Origin: Girardia tigrina
Lineage: Eukaryota
DNA length: 64,000 bases
Assembly: GCA_001938485.1 (NCBI GenBank)
Contig: MQRK01171719.1
Span: forward strand, 1 to 64,000
Direction of reading: 5' to 3'
The first letter of the stretch is position 1; each line of letters begins with the position of its first letter. The notes below the pieces were generated by a model. It saw nothing but the letters and a program-made list of their open reading frames with translations. It was not told the origin of the DNA and ran no database searches. Below, piece by piece: positions 25,670 to 38,550 of this stretch. Position numbers and translations under genes: made by a program.

Positions 25670-26049
25670 ATATATTTGTGTTTTTTCAATAATACGTGTG
25701 ATGTTTGTGGTGTCATCTTTTGCGTGTGTTTTTTTAAAATAAATTTTGTAATTTTTTTGTCATCTACTTTCGTAATATTTTTTTGTCCATCGCTTGCCAT
25801 TTGTGCAGGATGATACGTTCAAACCGTCAAAGAAAGAAAGCAAAAATAAAGGAAAGGATTTCATCAAATTGAAGCAACGCAAGAAAGATTAAAATAAAGA
25901 AATTAAAAAAAAATAAAATTAAGAAAATTGTTTGGATAACCTCCCCCGCAATAAAATAATTGGAATTAATAAATAAAAATTATTATTATTATTAACAAAT
26001 AAATATCAATAATACATATGGATCAAATTAAAATTAATTATTTACCGTG

Positions 26050-26215
26050 ATATCAATCAATCAATTAAATCAGCTGACTGACTGACTGTTAAATCAACAC
26101 AGAATTCGAAACAATAAATAATATATTATAATAATTACGATTTAAAAATTTAAAACAGAAACTTTCAAAGTCGAAAATTCAGCTCACCCGTAATGTATCA
26201 CGGGTCTTTTTCTAG
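26050..26215 (+). mobile_element. Helitron 3' portion
   Basis: Family subterminal sequence, hairpin CCCGT..ACGGG, CTAG|T. Confidence 0.85.
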
Positions 26216-26593
26216 TTTCTTTTAGATCTTTTTATTTTTCTTTTCTTTTTAGATTATCCAGGTTACATTAGATTCTGGTTATTATTTTTCTGCAATGGAT
26301 CTACAATGTACATTCTATATGGCTAGAATCGAGTAAGGTTGGCTATGTTGATGAGAAATTTTTTTTCATTAACCTTTTGTAGTATCTTGGTAATTTTCTT
26401 TTTTTATTCAATTTTGAATTACTTATTGATCGATTGAGTAAATTTTACTGAAGATCAAAGGGATAATAAAAGAAAATAGGATTATTATATATAGGTGTGA
26501 TTTTGTATATTTAGAAATATTATATATACATATATTTATATATATATGTGTGTGTGTGTGTTTGTGAGTGCGTTTAGTGACCTGCCTAGTAAC

Positions 26594-26760
26594 CAGTGTT
26601 GTCATCGAGTCCCTATTGTCTTTACTCGAGTTGAATCGAGTCGCTAAAATATTGTACGAGTAAAGGGTTGAGTCAAGTCACTCTTAACATTTAATATTAA
26701 AAGAGTAGAGGCACTACATATTTTCGAGTCGAGTCACCTGATATATTTTACGCGCCGAGT
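26594..26760. mobile_element. Probable hAT-type element end with subterminal CGAGT repeats
   Basis: Begins CAGTGTTG, followed by several CGAGT/GAGTC motifs; no partner end found. Confidence 0.45.
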
Positions 26761-28872
26761 AAAATTAAAAAAAACTATTACATGAAATATTTTTTATTTT
26801 AAATCTATATTAGTTTAAAAATTTCAAATTTTTTAAAATTTAGAATTTATGCTTTTAAAGGTATTTAAATATTTTAATAATCTAAATAAATGTTGATCTT
26901 CTCTTAATAATTTTTTTTAAGTTAATCTGAAATCCACGGAGAACAAAAACATTTTTTGTGTATTTTATATTTATTAAAAGTTATATTTAAAGAAATGTAT
27001 TTAAGCAAGATTATTTAATTATTGAGGAGAAAACCAGTATGAAATGTTATTATTTAATTTTTAAATATATATTTATTATTGATAAATATAAAAGTCAAGT
27101 GAAGATTGAACAATAAAAAAATTATTATTTAGCTTAAAATAATGTCAAAATATTTTTTAATTTTTAAATTAAATATATAAAACAAATCTAGGTAAAATAT
27201 TTAGTTTGTTAATTAACATAATTTTTCAATAAATTAAAATACTATTGTTAAAATATTCAACATTTGATTAATTTTTATTTAAAAATAATTTATTCCTTGT
27301 TTTTTTTAATAACAATGATTATATATATATATATACGTTAATATGCTTTAATATCATACCCTTAAAATCATTGATAGAAGACCTTTCCGAAAAACCTTTT
27401 GCTCAGATGAACAAAAATACAGGCCCAAGCATCCCGTAATTAGAAGCTAAATAAAAAATATTAATAATAATTATGTTAAAAACTATTATTAACACAAATG
27501 TAAACATAATAATTCTATAAATTATAATTAATTTAATCATTTTATTAACGATTTTTGATACGTTTAATAAATTAAAATGACTTTCAAATGTATTTATCAA
27601 TCATTATTTAACGTAGACGTTTGCCAAATAAACTTATAAATTAAAGATAAATAAAAAGAAAAGTTGAAATAAAAATCAATTATAAACGTAAATTAAATTA
27701 ATTAAATAAACATGATTTAATTTCAACGGTAAATAAAATATTTTTTTCTGAAAACGATTAAATTATAGTTTTTTTGTAAATAGATGTATATTTTAACATT
27801 ATACAATGTAATCGATAAATACAAAATAAATTTGGTAGGTATATTTGGATCATTTAGAAGTTAGGTTCTTAAAACGGGAAAAAGTCAAATAAATATTTAA
27901 AGTTTTTCTTTTAAATTTATTTATTCGATTGAGATTTTGGTTAACTTTAGTTAGAAAGATCATAAATAGAATAATAAAATCGAGTTTTTAAAATTATGAT
28001 TCCTTTAAAAATGAGTTTCTCCTTACATGGACGATTTAATAGATGATTAAAATAACATTCCGTTCGTAGAAGTGGAGGAATATCTAGAAAAATAAGGATT
28101 CATACGTAAAAGAACCAGAAAAATAGTAAACCAACAGTTTCAAATTCACATATGTATTTTTAAAAAGAAAAATATGGATGAGGAAAAGAACTTAAAATAT
28201 TGCATCAAAAATAAGTCAATTACTAAATTAAAGGCTCATTGAATTTCCATCATACTAGTTATATAGCATCATTGATATAAAATTTTTTAGGGTGTCCTGT
28301 TGTTATCCGAGGATTTATTAAACAAAGTAAAAAAAATAATATTGGGGAATGTGAATTGAAAACAAGATGATTTGAAAAGTGTTAGAGTCGAATAAATCAA
28401 AATTATGGTGTGAAAATAGCAACTGAAAGAATTGAAAGTGAGGAAAATAATTTTAAAGATCAAAGTTGGATTTAAAAGGAATATGATATAATATAAATCT
28501 ATATAAATCTATCAGGATTAGAGACATTGATAAAAGGGATAAAATAATTTTGGAATAGGATGTACAAAAGTTTTATATGTTAACATGTTATCATTTCATG
28601 TTTTCCATCATTTTTAATGGAAAACCGAAAGTAAAAAAATGATGGTGACAATACTTGAGAGATAAACTTTCTTTTCCGAATTCATCCAATATAATAATTC
28701 ACAAGACTAGAATGTTGAAAAGAGGTATTCATTTAAATAGAAAATTTTTAAATAATCACACATTTAATGTGTGGTATGTAACGAAAATTGAACTAGTTTA
28801 AAACTTTGATTAAAAATAAAATGTAACAGAGTCAAAGAAAACAAATTACGATGAATTCAGTATTAAAATTAG

Positions 28873-29400
28873 TGTGATGAATATATTAAAATTGTATGAA
28901 TGTGTGAATGTATTGATGCTGTATTTTGAACTTAGAATGATGATTCTCCCACCCAGATGGAAATTGGTATTTTTTTAAATTTAAAGTGATTGACTATTTG
29001 AACGTAATTAAAAAAATAATTTGATTAGTTTATATTTTTAAAATTAACAATTAAAATCAAGTTTAATATTTTTTTTAAAAAAATAATAGCATTTAATTAG
29101 ATACAAATAAAACTAATTAAATTTAAATTAAATTCATTTCTAACAATTTGATAGCATTTTTTTTATTATTTTGAGTTTTTATAAAGAAATGGTTTAAATT
29201 ATTAATTTTAATTGAGATTTTTAAAAATTAAATATTTTAAAAAGATTTACAAAAATTGTTCGAATATTCATGATTAAAAATAGAAATAGAAAAACCAATT
29301 AGAGCGATGACAAACAGTGAACGATCTTCCGAGAGTTGTGATGACTCTAAATGTGATAATAATACAAATTCAAATGAAAATTGTCTCAATGTTCTTAACG
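28873..29400 (+). mobile_element. Diverged LTR of the Gypsy family at 61386-64000
   Basis: Shares TGTGA start, GATTCTCCCACCCAGATGGAAATTGGTATTT and GACTCTAAATGTGAT with 37486-37950 and 61386-61872. Confidence 0.85.
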
Positions 29401-29995
29401 ATTTAATTAACAAATAAAAAAGCAGTTCAATAATTAAACAGAAATAACATTTATATAAATATATAAACAGAAAATCTTTAAAAAACGTTGAAAAATATTC
29501 TAATTTGTAAATTTTGATACACAAGGTTTAATTTTACATGATTTTTAGATTTATTAAAGTTACATGGTTCATTTTATTACTATTTTATGTTCTGCCAAAT
29601 AAAAAGAAACAAATTTTATTTATTTTTCTTAACAAAATTAGTAATTAATGATGTGAAAAAATATTTTTTTAATAAGAATAATTTAAACTAAGGAGCGACA
29701 CATCGTATCGTACATCGTTAAATATGGTCGATGCATCGAAAAACCTTCATCGTTAAGGATGCATCGAAAGACTGAATATCTTTGTTATCTAACATATAAT
29801 GAAATCACACCTTTATTCACACATATAATAACTCAACAATATAATTACTACAATTTTAGTTTTTTAAACAAATATTTTCGAGGAACTTTCGAATAAAATT
29901 CTATTTTCACTAGTTTTCATTTATTCCTTTTTTAAGGAAAGTTATATTTTAATTTCGTCCTAAAGCAATGATATTTTATTTTAAAAATAATACAT

Positions 29996-30288
29996 TAATA
30001 TTATTTCAGATTTGTTTAATATTTTCATAAACATTATATATTAATTTACTAGTTTATTTATTAGTTTTCACAATAAATTTAACGTTTCTATGAAATTATT
30101 ATTTATCTTATTAATAAATATATTTATTGGTTTTTAATTAATATAAATATTTATATTTAATTTTTTATATTTAAATTAATGTATTAATTTATTTTAAAAT
30201 TAATACTCTAATATTATTTCAGATTTTTTAATACTTTCATAAACATTACATACTAATTTACTAGTTTATCTATTAGTTTTCACAATAT
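29996..30288. repeat. ~80-bp direct duplication (~29996-30076 and ~30210-30288)
   Basis: Both copies read ATATTATTTCAGATTT..TTCATAAACATTA..TAATTTACTAGTTTAT..TTAGTTTTCACAATA. Confidence 0.85.
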
Positions 30289-30444
30289 TCGGTGATGAAA
30301 TTTACTAGAAAAAAATTTATTTTGATCTTAAAATAATTATATTATAAAACAATTTCCGAGTCAAAAATATTTGTTTAAGTAATATTTAATGAAGTTTTAT
30401 TTCTAGTTCAATTAATTTTTTTTTCTTCTGGGTGCTGAAAATTT

Positions 30445-30652
30445 CCTTAATTTTGGATTACTTCACAATGATTAATGAATATAGAGCTAGCTGCATTGAG
30501 TGTGGTGAGCATTACAAGGTGCCCAGGGGGGAGCACAATAGGGATAAGAAATCATCTGAGGACAAAGCATAAGACCGTCTTTGAAACACATGAAGCAAGG
30601 GAGGCCAGAGCGAAAGCAAGATCAACAAGAACTGATCAAAATCGATTGAAAT
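30445..30652 (+). pseudogene. BED zinc-finger fragment, probably from a hAT transposase
   Basis: DYFTMINEYRASCIECGEHYKVPRG/STIGIRNHLRTKH (CxxC..HLxxxH); a cluster of CATCG repeats at 29690-29770 may be the element's end. Confidence 0.75.
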
Positions 30653-31358
30653 AATTTAAAAAGAATATTTGTTCAATTTTATTTTTACATTGACATTTTG
30701 TTTTTATATATTTTCTAAAGACAAGGTAAAATATAATTAAAAAGGAGAAAAACAAAGGTAATCTGACTTTTTTCCTTATTTCTTTATTGAAAAACACAAA
30801 TTTTGCTCATAATATTTAAAAATATATTCTAATCATTTAGAGAATAATATTCTAAAACAAATTAATTAACTAAAATTTAAAAAATATTTTTTTAATAAAT
30901 TTCAAAAAATTATACTTCTTTTATAATTTAAAGTTAGAAAAAAGCCTCCATTTTTTAGACAAAGCAATGTAGCAATTTAAAATTTAAAATATTAAATTAA
31001 TAGATAAATAAAATTTAATAAAAAAAATGAATAGTTTTTTTAAGAATTTCTTTCAATCTTCAAAATGATTGTCAAATTGATAATTTCTGTTAAAAAAAGA
31101 AAATGTAACAAAATTAGAAAATAAATTTATTGATGCTCATGGTAAAAAATAGTACATTATTACGAATTTTTAGTGAATTATTAAAAGAAAATATTTTGTA
31201 AATGGCATTTATCAAAACTAAATAAATAAATATTTCCATAAAATAAATTAACAGTTATAAATATTTTCAATCTTATTGAACTTATCGAGTTCTTTTGGAA
31301 ATAAAATATTGGTCAATTGGGTATAAAATATAATTATGACAAGTTAATTTGAGGCAAT

Positions 31359-31796
31359 TGTGAGGAATATTTTGAATGTTTGATGTTTTGTGTTTGAATG
31401 TTGTATGTTGATTTGGAATGATGTTTCTTCTACCCAGATGGCTGATTAATATTTTAATTCTTATTATCTAAAAATATGCAATATTCATTTTTAATTTAAA
31501 ATAATTGTAAAATTTTAAATAAGTTAATTAATTTTATTTACAATGTTTAAATAAATAAATCAAATTAATATTTTTTTAAATAATTAATAATCATTTTAAT
31601 TTTTAACCAATAAATTTTAAGAAAATATTTTAACAAATTAGTTATTTCTCCATTTGCTAAAAATATTAAAAATAAATTATTAATCAATTAGTTAGAATGT
31701 AATCATACGAAAGCTTTGACAAAGATTGTTTTGAGGACAATCAAACTTGCTATGTTAATAAAAATATGAAAAGTCAAATTGGTGTTGTTAATGACA
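31359..31796 (+). mobile_element. Older related solo LTR
   Basis: Starts TGTGAGGAATATTT and contains ACCCAGATGG like the other LTR copies; the 3' boundary is uncertain. Confidence 0.6.
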
Positions 31797-32279
31797 ATAT
31801 TTAATCATTTAACATAAAGCATGATCAATGATTACTGTACAAATAGACTAATTGATGAATGAAAACTAAATTAACAATTAGCCTATTTTTAACAATGAAG
31901 TAAATAAAAATAAAATAAATAAATATTAACAAATAATATCTAAAATATGTAATTAATGAAAAAATCTAATGGAAAGAATGAAAAAGACGTAACATAACAG
32001 ATAACAGGAGAAATGTGTTTAGGGAGAAAATAATAAACTTTGGTATTTCTGAGTATTCTTGGTATTGTTTAATTTTTTGAATGACGATTTAAGGAGAAAT
32101 CTTCAAATGTTTATATAGGAATGATTCGAGGTATTGTAAGGATTGTTATATGAATTTGAGATTCACCTATCGAGACGTAATCTGTAGGGTAATTGATAAA
32201 AAAACACTAAATAAATAGAAATTTTCGGGTGATTATAGGTTAGATATAAAGAAGACACAGTTATTTAACGAACTTTTAG

Positions 32280-32590
32280 CGCACAAAGTCGTAATAGTAA
32301 TGGATAACGCCTCTTTTCATAAGTATGCTAATATCAAAGAAACTTTTACCAATTCACCAAACAAGCTTCTTTTTCTTCCACCATACTCTCCGTTCTTTAA
32401 TCCTATGGAGAATATGTTTACAAAGTGGAAATTACTAGCTGCAGAATCTCGTCCTAATAATGAAGAGCAATTATTGAATAGCATGAGGAATTTTGCAAGC
32501 ATAATACGTGAGGTGAATGGTAATGGTTAATATAGCAATATGATGAAATTTTTTCAAAATTTCTACGTTCGGAACTAATTATTGATGGAA
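32280..32590 (+). pseudogene. IS630/Tc1-like (DDE_3, DD34E-type) transposase C-terminal fragment
   Basis: VIVMDNASFHK..LLFLPPYSPFFNPMENMFTKWK. Confidence 0.88.
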
Positions 32591-34103
32591 ACTAAATAAA
32601 AATTTTACATCAACTATTGTGACTTTATTTTTTGCTGAAATTTTATGCAGATTATAAATGAAGAATTTAATTTTATTTTTTTGGTTTTTTTATTGTGAAA
32701 CTATGTTTACTCAATTATGGAATGAGAGGTAAACCCCTGAATTATTCAGAATTATTCCGTGAGATCATTCTTGTTGCAAATTCCGATATGCAGAATCTAG
32801 GTCAAAAAAACAACAAAGACTGTATTGAATCGATTGTTTGACGAAAACCGAAAAATAATAATGAACAATCTTACGAGATGTTGATCATTTGTTACTTACT
32901 ACTAATATGGGGACTTCAAATAATCAAAATTGTATAGAGTTTAAAATATAATTAATTAAAAAAAGGGAAAATTTTCAATTAAAAATTTTATATGTATATA
33001 TAATTGTGTAATGTATATGCTATGCCGAATTTGTGTAATTGCCGAATTCACGAATGTTGCGTGAATATTTCCGACGTTATATTTCTGAAATGCGAAATTG
33101 CTAATGCTTTTTATAGTTCATAATCAATTTAATAAAAATTTGATTTCAATGTCCTTTAAGAAAATGGATAAACGTGAATCATTTAAGCATAAAGCGTGAT
33201 AAAGAGTTTTCCTTTTCGTTTTCCTTTGACACAGAACAAATCTACCGTGTTTTGTTGAGCATGACTGTATTTATATTTTATTTGAATTCATTGTTAAATC
33301 CTTTTTATCTACTTGATATTACATCAACGATATATTGTAAAACAATTCAGAAGTGGTTCATTATTTGAGTAATATTATTGTATATTTATTTTTACCTTAT
33401 TCTTCAATTATTTTTTAACGATTAATAAAAAAACAAAGCTATTTTTTCGGTAATGTTATACAACAGAAAATTAAACAGCTTTTCAAAGATCCAATATTTA
33501 CCTCAATCAAACAATTGTTCATTAATAGAAAATTCACTTTTTTCTCAAAATTTTGTGAATAAAAAGTTTGAGAACGTCTCAAACAATGCGACAAAAGATT
33601 TCGATTTAGACACAAGATAATGATTTTTTTCTGAAATACCACTGATATATTATGATTAATAAAGCATGAAAAAGTATTGTTAATGACAGTATTTGTTTTT
33701 CTTGAACATAATTAAATGTTGAAAAATATATTAGACCATTACTGTAATATTTAATTTGGCTTTTATCCTGTCAATAATAATCTCCCGTGTGCATTTATAG
33801 ATTAGGTTTAGTCTTTCAAATATATGAATTATTAGATCAATAATGAAAGATATTTGTTTGAAAAAAATAAAATAAAATAAAACAGGATGATAAAACAAGA
33901 CAACATGTTTCTTGAGATTATTTGATAATCAATTTTCGGATGATAAGCATGAAAAATAAATCCATCAAAAAAGATTAATAATTCTGAGGGACTACTGAGA
34001 ATTACTTAAAGACAGAAAGCGGTGTTTGGGATTCAAAAATTAAAGTGTAAAGAAAAGTCCCAAAGCAGGTCTAAAAGGATTTAAAGAAGTTTTATATATA
34101 ATA

Positions 34104-34210
34104 CTAGGAAAAGACCGGAGTTGGGGAGTTTCATTTTCGACTTTGAAATTTTATGTTTTAATTAAAAAATCGTACTTATAATTTATAATTTATTATTTCG
34201 AATTAGGTGT
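34104..34210 (-). mobile_element. Helitron 3' end, hairpin degenerate
   Basis: A|CTAGGAAAAGACC followed by the reverse complement of the family subterminal sequence. Confidence 0.65.
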
Positions 34211-37200
34211 ATAATTTTTCATTTTTTTAAATTATTTTTTTTTATTTTCTTTACAATTCCTAACCCTAACCTAACCATAACCCGTAAAATGATTTTTGCC
34301 ACAAAAAAATTAAATTAATTTAATTATCAACTTACAGTTGGAAGTAAATAATATGAGTGTTACACAGATGAAACATAGGGCTTTTATATATATTATATAA
34401 TATAATATATAAATATTTATGGTAAATAAATATACGATTGAATGACAAACATTTCCATGATATATTTGAATTTCAAAATTCAAGAAAAAACATTGTTTTA
34501 GCATTTAGGTTTGTTAAAATTTATTTTGTTGAACAATACTTCAAAATTTAATTTTCTTTGTACTTGAAAGTAAAAATAATCAAAATATTCAATAATTATG
34601 TCAAAATGCCATAGTGTATTAATTATAATTTTTAAGCTATTTTTTATTTTATTTGTCATTAGTTAATGTCAAAAACAACTTTGAAAGGATTCTTGATAAT
34701 TCCATGCATTTTATAAATAAATTCAGTGCACATAAAAGATTTGAATAGAATTAAAAAATATATTAAAGAAAGTTTTAAAACTGAGTGAAAGGTTTTTAAA
34801 TAAAAATAATCAAAATTCTTTTAAAAATATATTTTGAATACATTTTTTACCATAATTTAAGTAATATTAGATTAATTAAATTTTAATTAATAATCAATGT
34901 ATATTAATAATACATATAGATATATTTAAAAAATAAATGTAAACGTTATCAGTGATAAATAATATTTTAATTGTATTTATAATACAGTAAGTCTATTAAA
35001 TTAAAATTTTAAAAAAACAATGATATCATTATTTATTTAAAACTACACGAAAATAATTCACGTAAAAATATTATATTAGCACAAACGTTTTGCATTTTTT
35101 AGGTTTCTAATTTCATAACTTTCATAATACTTATTAAATTCAATTGAAATAGGGACCATATTTTAATCAGCACATTCCTATTAAGTTGAAACGAAAGTTT
35201 TGTCAGTAAATTAACATTATATTAAAAGTAAAATTTTTGTAATAATAGTTGGTCGTTTTCATTAATGTAATCGAAATTACTTTCGAAAAAAATACTTGTT
35301 GAAAAAAAACAAGACTCGTGTTGATACCACGAACACAAAAAGCGACCTGAACACGGTCTGATTTGGTGCATACCCTTCAGAGGTGATTCATTGACCGTGC
35401 GGAAAGATTTCCCAGTGAACAGCTCTGAGTGCCATTCATTAAACTTACAGTCACCTTTTTTGATGCGGATCACTTTTGAAAGTCCGTTTTCCAAGTTGAC
35501 TGGGACTCAGCCATTGGTTTAAATGTTTCCAGTTTTTGTAGACTACACACTCTTCCTTGCATGCCAAAATCCGTTGCTTTTCACTGTAGTGTACTATTTG
35601 TCTTTCTTACACCAGTCGAAAATATTCATTTCTATTATTTATGTATATATTAAAGATAATATAGACGTTATGTAATTATTTTTTAACCTATATTATATTT
35701 ATACTTTTTTTTATTTTTAATTACCTATTTATAATTAATTACCTAATTGATTTACCTATTTAATTTATTTACCTATTAAATTTATTTACCTATTTAATTA
35801 CCTAATTATTATTAGTATTTTTATTTTATTTTTTATTCATTATCAATTTAATTCCTTATTTTTATTTTCATTCTTTATTTTAATTTTTTTCATTTTAAAA
35901 CTTACAATAATTATCTCATGGATAATTAAAATATCCATAGGATAATATTAAATTCAAAAATTAAAATTAAATCGATTCAAAAAAAATATTGAATCAGATT
36001 ATAAATGATACTCGCAATTATGATCGATTGAAATTTGCATTTTTTTGTATTAACTAAGAGAATCGAATTTTTTTCTCTTAACCATAAGAAAAATAAAAGA
36101 AAACTGATAATCAATTACCCATCCAAGATTAATCAAGAAAAACAAAGTAAAAACTTTAAACGAAAAATATCCTAAAGTTAGTTGAAGTTATAAAGTCACA
36201 CCAATATAGATCAAAACAGAATCATCCAATAATTATTTTTTTTGTTTGAAAGCCCGGTATTAGAGAAAGTTAGAAGACAGAATCATTAACTCTTACCTAA
36301 AAGAAGTCATCAAGATTTATTAAAATTAATCGAACAAAAAGATAAAGTAACTGGAGCGGAGAATTGCCAATTTGACCGAACATTTTGTTTTTGCCAGTTT
36401 CAAAAATCAAAAATAATTAAATAAATCAAATTTGATTAACAAATTAAATAAAAAGAAAATAAATAAATTAAATTAAATAAATAAAATATAATTAAATAAA
36501 TTAAATAATTAATTGAAATTAAAAACTATTGCTACAACGAACAAAGCTTATGATAAATAGGAGCAATTTTGTATATGAACGGAATGTAGTTTTTTTTTAT
36601 TATCAATCGATAATGTGAGCGATGTGTGGATTGTTGATTGAAGCAAATTGTGAGCCTCATTTTCTTTCTATACCAATGAATGACTGGTAATTTCTTTATT
36701 GCATGTATGTGTGTTGGTGTGAGTGTCTGCATGCATGTGTTTGTGTGTATGTTATGTGATATGTAATTTGTGAATGTTATGTTGATTGGTTGTGTATGTG
36801 TATTTAATTTAATTTGTGAATATCTGTCACAATAAATAATTTTTGGAAAATCGCGGTAACAATTTTCAATCACAAGCAATTGACATTTTTCGGTTTCAAT
36901 TTGGGTGTCGTTTTTGAATCGGTTGAGGATAAAGAGTTTCATAAAGAATAAAAGTTGTGATCTCGTTGCGATTTCATTTTTTTGTCGGGTCCAATTTTCA
37001 ATTGAAGGGAAAAAGGGTGTAAATTGATGAACGAAGTTTAGATGGATCCGATTCCTGGCGGCTTTTTGAATTTTGACATTTCCGTAATCGATGAGCCACT
37101 CGATCTGATTCGATTGAGCTTAAATGAGCGAATTTACATTAAAATAAAAAACGATAGAGAATAACGAGGCAAATTAAATGCTTTTGATTCACATTTAAAT

Positions 37201-37485
37201 GTGACTTTGAGTGATGTAAAGGAAACAGTGACGACTTTGGATATTGATGATGAGACGCTAGAGGAAATTCATAAAATGAAAGGCGATTATTACCGTTTTC
37301 TGTCCAACTCTCTGTCCAAAACAACGTGGAGATACGGAATCCCCTCCAGTAACTTTATTTGTTATTATTGATACCTCTTCACTGATTCACATTTCTCGTT
37401 ATTGTTATCCCTGATACTCTTTTTCTAATCCTTCTGTTAAAGTTGCAATCGTTCAATATTTTATTATTATAAAATTAAATCACTA

Positions 37486-37950
37486 TGGGAGGAATATTTT
37501 AATTTGTTTCAATGTGTAAATGTATGGATGCGGTATGTTGATTTAAGTATGTTGAATTTAGGATGGTGATTCTCCCACCAAGATGGAAATTGGTATTTTT
37601 TATTTAAATTTAAAGTGATTGACTATTCGAACACAATTAAAATTATGTATAATATTTTTTAGTAAAAATTAAATTAAATGCATTTTTAATAATTTGATGA
37701 CATTTTTATTATTTTAAAATTTATTGAAAAATGGTAAAAATTATTATTTTTTTTAATTAATATTTTTAGAGGTTAAATTTTTTAAAAAAATAATTTAGAA
37801 AAATTGTTCGAATAATCATGATTAAAAATAGAAAATAGAAAATCAATCAGAAGGATGACAAACGATGAAAGACTTTCTGAGAGTCATAATGACTCTAAAT
37901 GTGATTGTAATAAACATTCAAACGAGACTTGTTTAAATGTTCTTAATACA
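37486..37950 (+). mobile_element. Solo LTR of the Gypsy family at 61386-64000
   Basis: Near end-to-end match to the reverse complement of 61386-61872; TG...CA ends; possible CTAT TSD. Confidence 0.9.
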
Positions 37951-38009
37951 CTATATTAGTTGTTAGATTCGATTGAAAAGTAATTTACATTTCAATCGAG
38001 TTTCACAAC

Positions 38010-38427
38010 ACCCACTACGGTTGAATTTGTGCAAAAGTCAAGATTAGTCATTAATTAGCCGATTTTTTTGCATTTCTTTGAGTTTGACAACGTTCATTTT
38101 TCTTGTTAATTTTCTGAAGGTTCCGAATAATGGTGTATTGGATGTTTTGAATTCAGTGACCAGTTCGCGCATTGTATGGGTCGGGTCCGCTTCAATAAAA
38201 CGACGATGGAACGTTTATCAACGACTGTTGGGCGACCGGAGCACTTTTCGTCTTTTCGTTGCATATTGCTGAAGAGGAATTCGTTATACCATCAGAAACA
38301 TGTTTTTTCATGCTAATTGATTTTGGCAGTTGTTAGCGCAAATGTTTATAGATTCTTCTCCTGCTATACAAACAAATTTGAATTCTTGGAAAATTAATTC
38401 TGCGAATATCTTCACGTTTTTTGACAT
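38010..38427 (-). pseudogene. mariner transposase N-terminal fragment
   Basis: MSKKREDIR..WYNEF..KDEKCSGRP..IEADPTHTMREL. Confidence 0.7.
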
Positions 38428-38511
38428 TTAACTTCATCCTTAAATCAATAAATTTTCATTCAAAAATGAGTATAAAATACAAATAAAACATATAAATGTT
38501 CCTAAACATCT

Positions 38512-38550
<39 letters not shown>

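Noticed and set aside
27950-28870. Possible Gypsy integrase remnant upstream of the 28873 LTR
   Set aside because: The motifs are too degraded to support a call.
34260-34283. TAACCC/TAACC repeats suggesting a telomere
   Set aside because: There are only about four imperfect units, next to a Helitron end.
35222-35630. GC-richer block with a 90-aa ORF
   Set aside because: It is probably a transposase or gene fragment, but I recognised no diagnostic motif.
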